Shown one piece after another: positions 57,852 through 64,000 of a DNA stretch of 64,000 bases; within the stretch, counting starts at the first letter, position 1; every line of letters starts with the position of its first letter. Below the pieces are notes generated by a model. The model was not told the DNA's origin and searched no databases. It saw only the letters and a list, made by a program, of their open reading frames with translations. The DNA comes from Paramecium tetraurelia. Taxonomy: Eukaryota. Location of the stretch: the NCBI GenBank assembly GCA_000165425.1, contig CT868027.1:62001-126000 (forward strand), written 5' to 3'. Made by a program: the position numbers and the translations under genes.

Positions 57852-58474
57852 ATGTCAAGAACAAACAAATAGGTTGAATCATAGCCAGTCCCAAACAAGA
57901 AGGTCTAAGCACCAGCTAAGCCTTAAAAACCAAAGGAGAATTATTTGACTCCAGAGGAAATCAATGATTTGAGAGTAAGAGTGTTGTTAATTATAAAAAG
58001 GAAACCTTTGATTTGTTTGATGATGATAAGAGCGGCACAATAGATGCACACGAAATTAAAAAAGTGCTTGAAGATCTAGGTGTTGATGCTAGAAACAAGT
58101 TCGTGTATCAAATGGTATAAGATTTGGAAAAGTATTCATTCACATATTAAGGTTAGTTTTGGAGGCTCAATTGATTTTGATACTTTTGTGAATATTATAT
58201 CAGATAGATTGGGAAATAATAAAACAAAAGATGGTGCATTCAAATTGTTCCAAATTTACGATCCTGAAGATACTGGGTTTATATTTGAAGATATTTTAGA
58301 TTCATTGATTTCACAAACCTAAAACGTGTGGCTAAGGAATTGGGTGAAACTCTCAATGATGATGAATTGCATGAAATGATCCATCACATTCACATTCTTA
58401 GAAAAACAGAGAGCCCAGAATAAATCTCATTTGATGAGTTTTACGAAATCATTACCGCTCCAAGAAGATATTGA
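57852..58474 (+). CDS. Centrin (infraciliary-lattice type, divergent)
   Basis: ETFDLFDDDKSGTIDAHE, YDPEDTGFIDFTNLKRVAKELGETL; three introns. Confidence 0.88.
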
Positions 58475-58653
58475 GAAAATAAAATTACATATATATTAAA
58501 TCATCATTTGGCATAGATATTTCTACTTTCAAACTATAATTCACTACTTCAGGATAAGCAATATGACCTAAAGACTCCAAATATTATACTATTAAACAAA
58601 TTAGTATGCATTGTTAGAAAATTCATAATCAAAAATAATTATTATTATTATAT

Positions 58654-59250
58654 TCAAACCCATTTGATATCTTTACATATAGCTTATGCATCACTTAAAG
58701 AACAAAGTACTTTTCCAAAATCCTCCTTCAACTTCTGCATCTATCCATTTATTGCAATAGAAGGAACATAACCCAAATTTGGAGTTCTCAATCTATTTGC
58801 ATATAAAAGTTCAATTCCTTAGGGCCCATTAGCACAAGCTTTAACCAGCAACTTTTATTGCGTATTCTCTAAACATTTATCGATTTACTCCTGAAAATTT
58901 TATTTATAAGCTTCTTTAAAGAAACATCTCACAAATTTAGTACTAGAAACCTAATCTTTTTGCAATTATAGACCACATGCTAAAATCATATTTCCATAAC
59001 ACTCCTCCTCGCTATGCTAGCAATTTGTGATATATGTATTGGCTTCATATGAATTTGAATTCAATTTTCCTGAAGGTATAAATTCAACATTTGCCAATTG
59101 ATCCAATGAGTCGATTGTTGCATTCGATATACCTCTCATCATTGCTGCTGTATCAGGACAACGTGACTCTATGTATATTTTTACATCTGGCAAATCCTAT
59201 GCGTTGCTAATCAACGTTAGTGTAATGAATATAAGGGTAATATTAATCAT
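58654..59250 (-). CDS. GILT-like lysosomal thiol reductase (198 aa)
   Basis: Signal peptide; YIESRCPDT, CQHSEEECYGN, YVPSIAING; intronless 597 nt. Confidence 0.88.
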
Positions 59251-59262
59251 GAGAATATTATA

Positions 59263-60744
59263 TCAATTTTATGATTCTACAATGCCATCCGATTAAAAAC
59301 ATAGGTTTCTATTTGCCCGATTCTCTGGAGACCCTTCAAATTAAAGTATGGGAGGTGAATTTTGTGCCTAAGGAGAGGAATCCAATTCGATCTTTAACTA
59401 AGTTCGAAAAGGAGAGGATGATAATTGAAGTAAAGGAAAATTCCTATAAGTTTGTGATTGTGGATCATCCTTAGATTTCAGAGCTTCCTCTATATTTAAG
59501 TCTTCGACATTTCGATTTCCTTTGTTCTTGATTTCCATTAATTCATTAATTTCTTTTTCAAGTAAACCTTATCTACAAACTGGACAATTGGCTTATTTTG
59601 TTGTCCTGTGATAGAATATTAATTTAATACCAATCAACTAAGCATTATTCATGGAAGACATGTCTGCAAGGAGTTTGGCAATATTTATCTTTTAATTCAA
59701 ATTAAACTAAACAAATTGAACATGTATCTTTAATCATTTTGGAATCTGCTTTTTATGGAGGCATATATTTCTTTATTACTTTTTTATCCAGAGCTGGTTT
59801 TATTTAAGTTAATTTTTTGTATTATCGTCTAAAAAGAAGTAGAATTATTAACAATAGGAGCATACCAAAAACTATTATAGATATCAAAAGCATTGTGACC
59901 CAAAAAGGAAATTCTTCACTCTTTAATCCAGCTCTAATTTGTAATTAGCTATATACGTAAGCGTGATAGTGATTTCTTGAATTTAAGTTGAATTGAAATT
60001 GAACAAACCAATGATATAGACGTTATTCTAATCATCTTCAGATCTATATATTTAGATTTCCTTTTCTTCATTATTTTATTCCAAAACTACAAAATTTTAT
60101 AAAAATGATGGAAGGATAGTAACATTTAATTTGTTAATTGAAACTATGGAGACACCAAATAAGGATTCTCCATTTTAGACAATAACCTAACAATAATAAG
60201 GTAGAAATTACTTCATAATCATTATTTTCAAGTATTGCGTAAGCATACAACCAAGTATTGTTTAGAATTAAGATTGTCACAGAAAATTCCTTTTAGATTT
60301 GCAAAATTGAAAGACTACAGTTTTAACCATAATGGGGGAATTAACATAAAATTGAAGAATGTTATTTCTAATATTTGAAATTAGATTTACAGCATCATTA
60401 AGAGTCAAATTAAAATGCATAGTTTTATTGATGTTTTTTGGATTTTTAAAGTACTCCAACATATTACAATTTACTTTGATAATGACACTTCCAGTTCCAT
60501 TAATATATACTTTTTGAATTCTAGCCCTAACAGAATATGCCTATGAGTCATTATAAATTTCGTTATTTATGATAACTTAAAGCAAAGGTAAGCAATAATT
60601 ATTTTATGGGAATTGCGTTATTATCATAGATAATAAGTATGTCTTGGAACTATTCAAATTAGTATGTTGGATTTCCATTTAATCAGTAACGTATTAAGTA
60701 TTAAAGTTAGCTAAAACATATGAGATGCATAATAAAAATATCAT
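59263..60744 (-). CDS. Type-I transmembrane RING-H2 E3 ligase
   Basis: Signal peptide MIFLLCISYVLA; luminal domain; TM FPFWVTMLLISIIVFGMLLLLIILLLF; CSICLVQF..PCRHVFHEQCLVDW..CPVCR; four introns. Confidence 0.85.
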
Positions 60745-60751
60745 TAAATTA

Positions 60752-61885
60752 ATGTATAGAAATTTATTGAAATTGCGCTACGCCTATCAATAATGTATAT
60801 TTTTTGCATCATGCTAGAACCAACACAGTTAACTCCTATAAAAATGACTGTGAGAGAAGCAATCAATCTGGCCATGGATGAAGAACTTGCCAATGATCCA
60901 AATGTTTTTCTGATAGGTAAAAGATTCACACAAATATCTTTAGGCGAAGAAGTTGGGCAATATCAAGGGGCTTATAAAGTGTCAAAGGGGCTGTTCCAAA
61001 AATATGGAGGAGAAAGGATTATTGATACACCAATAACTGAGGCTGGGTTCACAGGAATCTCAGTTGGAGCTGCTCTTTATGGATTAAAGCCAATAGTTGA
61101 ATTTATGACATGGAATTTTGCTATGCAAGCTATTGATCATATAATAAATTCAGCAGCCAAAGCTCATTATATGAGTGCTGGTGATTAAAAGGCATCCATT
61201 GTTTTTAGAGGAATTAATGGGTATTAAATGAATAATATGATTCAGAGCAACTGCATATGTGGCTGCCCAACATTCTCAATGTTTTGCTTCTTGGTATAGT
61301 AACGTCCCAGGATTGATAGTGTTATCTCCGTATGATTGCGATGATGCAAAATCATTATTGAAGGCAGCAGTCCGTAATCCTAACCCTGTTGTATTTTTGG
61401 AGAACGAAATTCTATACAGTGAATCATATGAATTATCTGCAGAAGCCAGAGATCCAAATTACATTGCTCCAATTGGAAAGGCTAAGATAATGAGAAAAGG
61501 AGAACATGTTACAATTGTGGCATTTTCGAAAATGGTCGAATATTCACTTAGAGCTGCTGAATAACTATTTCGAGAGGGCATTAGTTGTGAAGTCATTAAT
61601 TTAAGAAGTTTAAGGCCATTAGATAGAGAAACTATTATTGAGAGTGTAAAGAAAACAGGAAGAGTGGTTTGTGTGGAAGAAGGATGGCCATAATCTGGAA
61701 TTGGAGCTGAGATCACTGCTCATATTATGGAAGGAGGAGCTTTCAAATATCTGGATGCTCCAATCTAAAGAGTCACAGGTGTTGAAATACCAACACCATA
61801 TGCTTTCAATTTAGAAGCCATAACATTTCCAAAAACAGAACAAATTGTTGATGCTGTCTTAACAGTATTAAAAGGAGCTCGTTGA
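60752..61885 (+). CDS. PDHB: Pyruvate dehydrogenase E1 beta subunit, mitochondrial
   Basis: [48 protein letters not shown]; presequence [12 protein letters not shown] joined by a 23-nt intron. Confidence 0.96.
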
Positions 61886-61907
61886 TTTATAATAATTAAA
61901 TTATAAA

Positions 61908-62960
61908 ATGGATCAATTTACAATTCTTGGTCAAGGGGCTGAGAACATTGTTTATCAATATATTGGGGATGATCCCACTCTAAAAGATAAGGTTATCAGA
62001 ATTCGTAAACCAAGAGAAATATGTGAGATAACCAAAAATCTCATTCTGCCTTATAATGATACAGATTGGACTCCTCTCAAAAAGCATTTCATAAAATAAT
62101 AGCCATATGAAATTGGAGATTAAAAATGCTTAATTATGGACAATCTATTATATAATATTGCTTTTGCCTGTGGAAATCAAACCCAAAACATTCTTACCCA
62201 TTTTATCAATGAAATAAGTAAATAAAGACCTAGACGATCCTAAGAATCAAAGGTTTTTTATGATTTCATTGTTAAAAGCTTAAAGGAAATTAAAAAAAGA
62301 AGATAAAGATATTTATAAATGTTCAAAAGAAGAAATCGATCCAATAATCTCAAAATATGATCCTCGAAAGTTTTATAATTGCAATGTATAATCTCTATTC
62401 GATTCTATTATTGATTTATCAGTTGTTCCTGACAGCAATCTAAAATTGTTTAATAACCAATAACAAAGAGTTTAAAATATTCCAGAGTTTAATATTGAAG
62501 ATGTAATACATTTAATAACTTCAAGATAGCTAAGATTATTAGTGAGACCTTGCTTTAAGAAGGTATCATTTAATAACTGAACGGTTTTTTCCAAATGTTG
62601 TCCTAAATGAATTTTACAATTGAGTAAGCATTTGAAGCATATGAACAATTAAAATAAAGAAATCTGACCAATAAGTAATTCTCAGAGATTGTGGAAGGCA
62701 AGTGCTAAGATCCTGAAATATCAAAACTAGCCTCTAAATTATAGACCTTTTCCTCCTTACAAGCTTTAAGTGATTTATCCATTGTAGGAAGTTTCAGGAA
62801 GGAAGGATCAGGCAAATTTATTGAGATTGGCAATCAGAAATTGTTTTATTAATATACAATAATCGATTGTGATTTAAAGCCACTCAATAAAATTACTGAT
62901 TACATGTCAACCATAGATGAATTAATCAAATTGAGAGATTATTACAATTCTCTTAAATGA
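61908..62960 (+). CDS. IPK1: Inositol-pentakisphosphate 2-kinase (IPK1/IPPK)-like; apparent +1 frameshift at 62167-62168
   Basis: LGQGAENIVYQY..KVIRIRK, VEIKPK, YDPRKFY, SNLKLF, DLSIV, IIDCDLKP; one 23-nt intron. Confidence 0.8.
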
Positions 62961-62976
62961 AATATTTTATATAAAA

Positions 62977-63960
62977 ATGAATAAATTATTACCAGCCATA
63001 GTGTCTGACATTGATGGAGTTTTGATAAGGGGGAAATCAACAATTCCAAATTCAGACATTGTCGTTTAGGAACTATTGAATTGTCATTACACAAATGGAG
63101 AAAAGCATAATATTCGGATTCCCTTTTACTTATTGACAAATGGAGGAGGATGCACAGAATTGGAGAAGGCCAATTCTCTGAACAGGATCATGGGTTCCAA
63201 TTTTGATAGGCATCATATCTTTCTGAATTATACTCCTCTAAGACCAATAATGAATGAATATTAGAATAAGCTAATACTACTCTGTGGAGCAGGCCACCTA
63301 ACAGAAATAGCCAAGGATTGCGATTTAAGATATTTTTACACAATTGATGAATATTCGGCTTTGTTTGATTAAGTTGAATTTAAATAATATGATGATGGGG
63401 TAATCAGATAATACGAAACTGATATTAAGTAAAGAAACATGGAATAGATGAAAAATCAGTAGATCGAGGCAGTGTTTATAGTGTTTGATCCGATAAAGTG
63501 GGAGGAGAGCATTTAGACAATATGTAAATTGGTTAAAGAGAAGAAGGATTTACCTATTTATGTTGTGAATAACGATGTAACTTATGCAGACAATTTTAAA
63601 TTACCTAGATTGGCATTTGGAACATTCACTAATGCCCTCATTTCTATTCTAAAAAAAGAATATAATATAAATCCAAATATCATTTATTATGGAAAACCAT
63701 CGCTTAATACATACAAATATGTATAAGAATATATACATGAGAAACATGATAATATTGGTAACATATATATGATTGGTGATAACCCTGCTAGTGATATAAG
63801 GGGAGCAAATCTAATTGGATGGCCATCAGTATTGGTGAGGAGTGGTGTGTTCAGAGGAAGGGATAATGATCCACAAGATCCTGGGAAATATGTGGTGACA
63901 GATTTAATGGATGCGTACAATAAGATATTGCAATTGGAAGGCTTAAAAGTTGTTTAATGA
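62977..63960 (+). CDS. HAD-superfamily IIA hydrolase (CECR5/HDHD5-like)
   Basis: DIDGVL, LTNGGG, GKP, MIGDNPASDIRGAN; intronless, 328 codons. Confidence 0.92.
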
Positions 63961-63984
63961 TGTTTTAACTATATAAATTTAAAA

Positions 63985-64000
63985 ATGGGTGCTAATTCTT
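63985..64000 (+). CDS. Probable start of next gene (MGANS..., possible N-myristoylation site)
   Basis: ATG in an AAAAATG context 24 nt after the previous stop; truncated by the window end. Confidence 0.35.

Overview
Gene-dense, very AT-rich eukaryotic DNA from a ciliate macronuclear chromosome, almost certainly Paramecium (aurelia-complex-like). TAA/TAG read as Gln and TGA is the only stop (translation table 6; histone H3 Q5 is TAA). Introns are tiny (20-31 nt, GT..AG), so the supplied standard-code ORF track is fragmentary. Hand translation gives about 36 protein genes. They include an amidase, a DHX40-like helicase, a PMCA pump, Sec1, epiplasmin, histone H3, AP-4 beta, a CYP450, RPL14, WDR60, a centrin, GILT, PDH-E1 beta, IPK1 and a HAD-IIA hydrolase, plus several decayed gene-like stretches. 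I saw no tRNA/rRNA, telomere, transposon or CRISPR. Best leads: (1) an intact membrane H+-pyrophosphatase-fold gene that has lost almost all catalytic acidic motifs; (2) an E3 ligase joining RBR-type RING1-IBR to a complete MYCBP2 RING-Cys-relay module; (3) four +1 frameshifts in conserved genes, two inside an identical 13-mer, most likely systematic sequence errors; (4) extreme packing, with divergent ATGs 7 nt apart and a stop-to-ATG gap of 12 nt in frame. All family calls come from remembered motifs; no database search was run.
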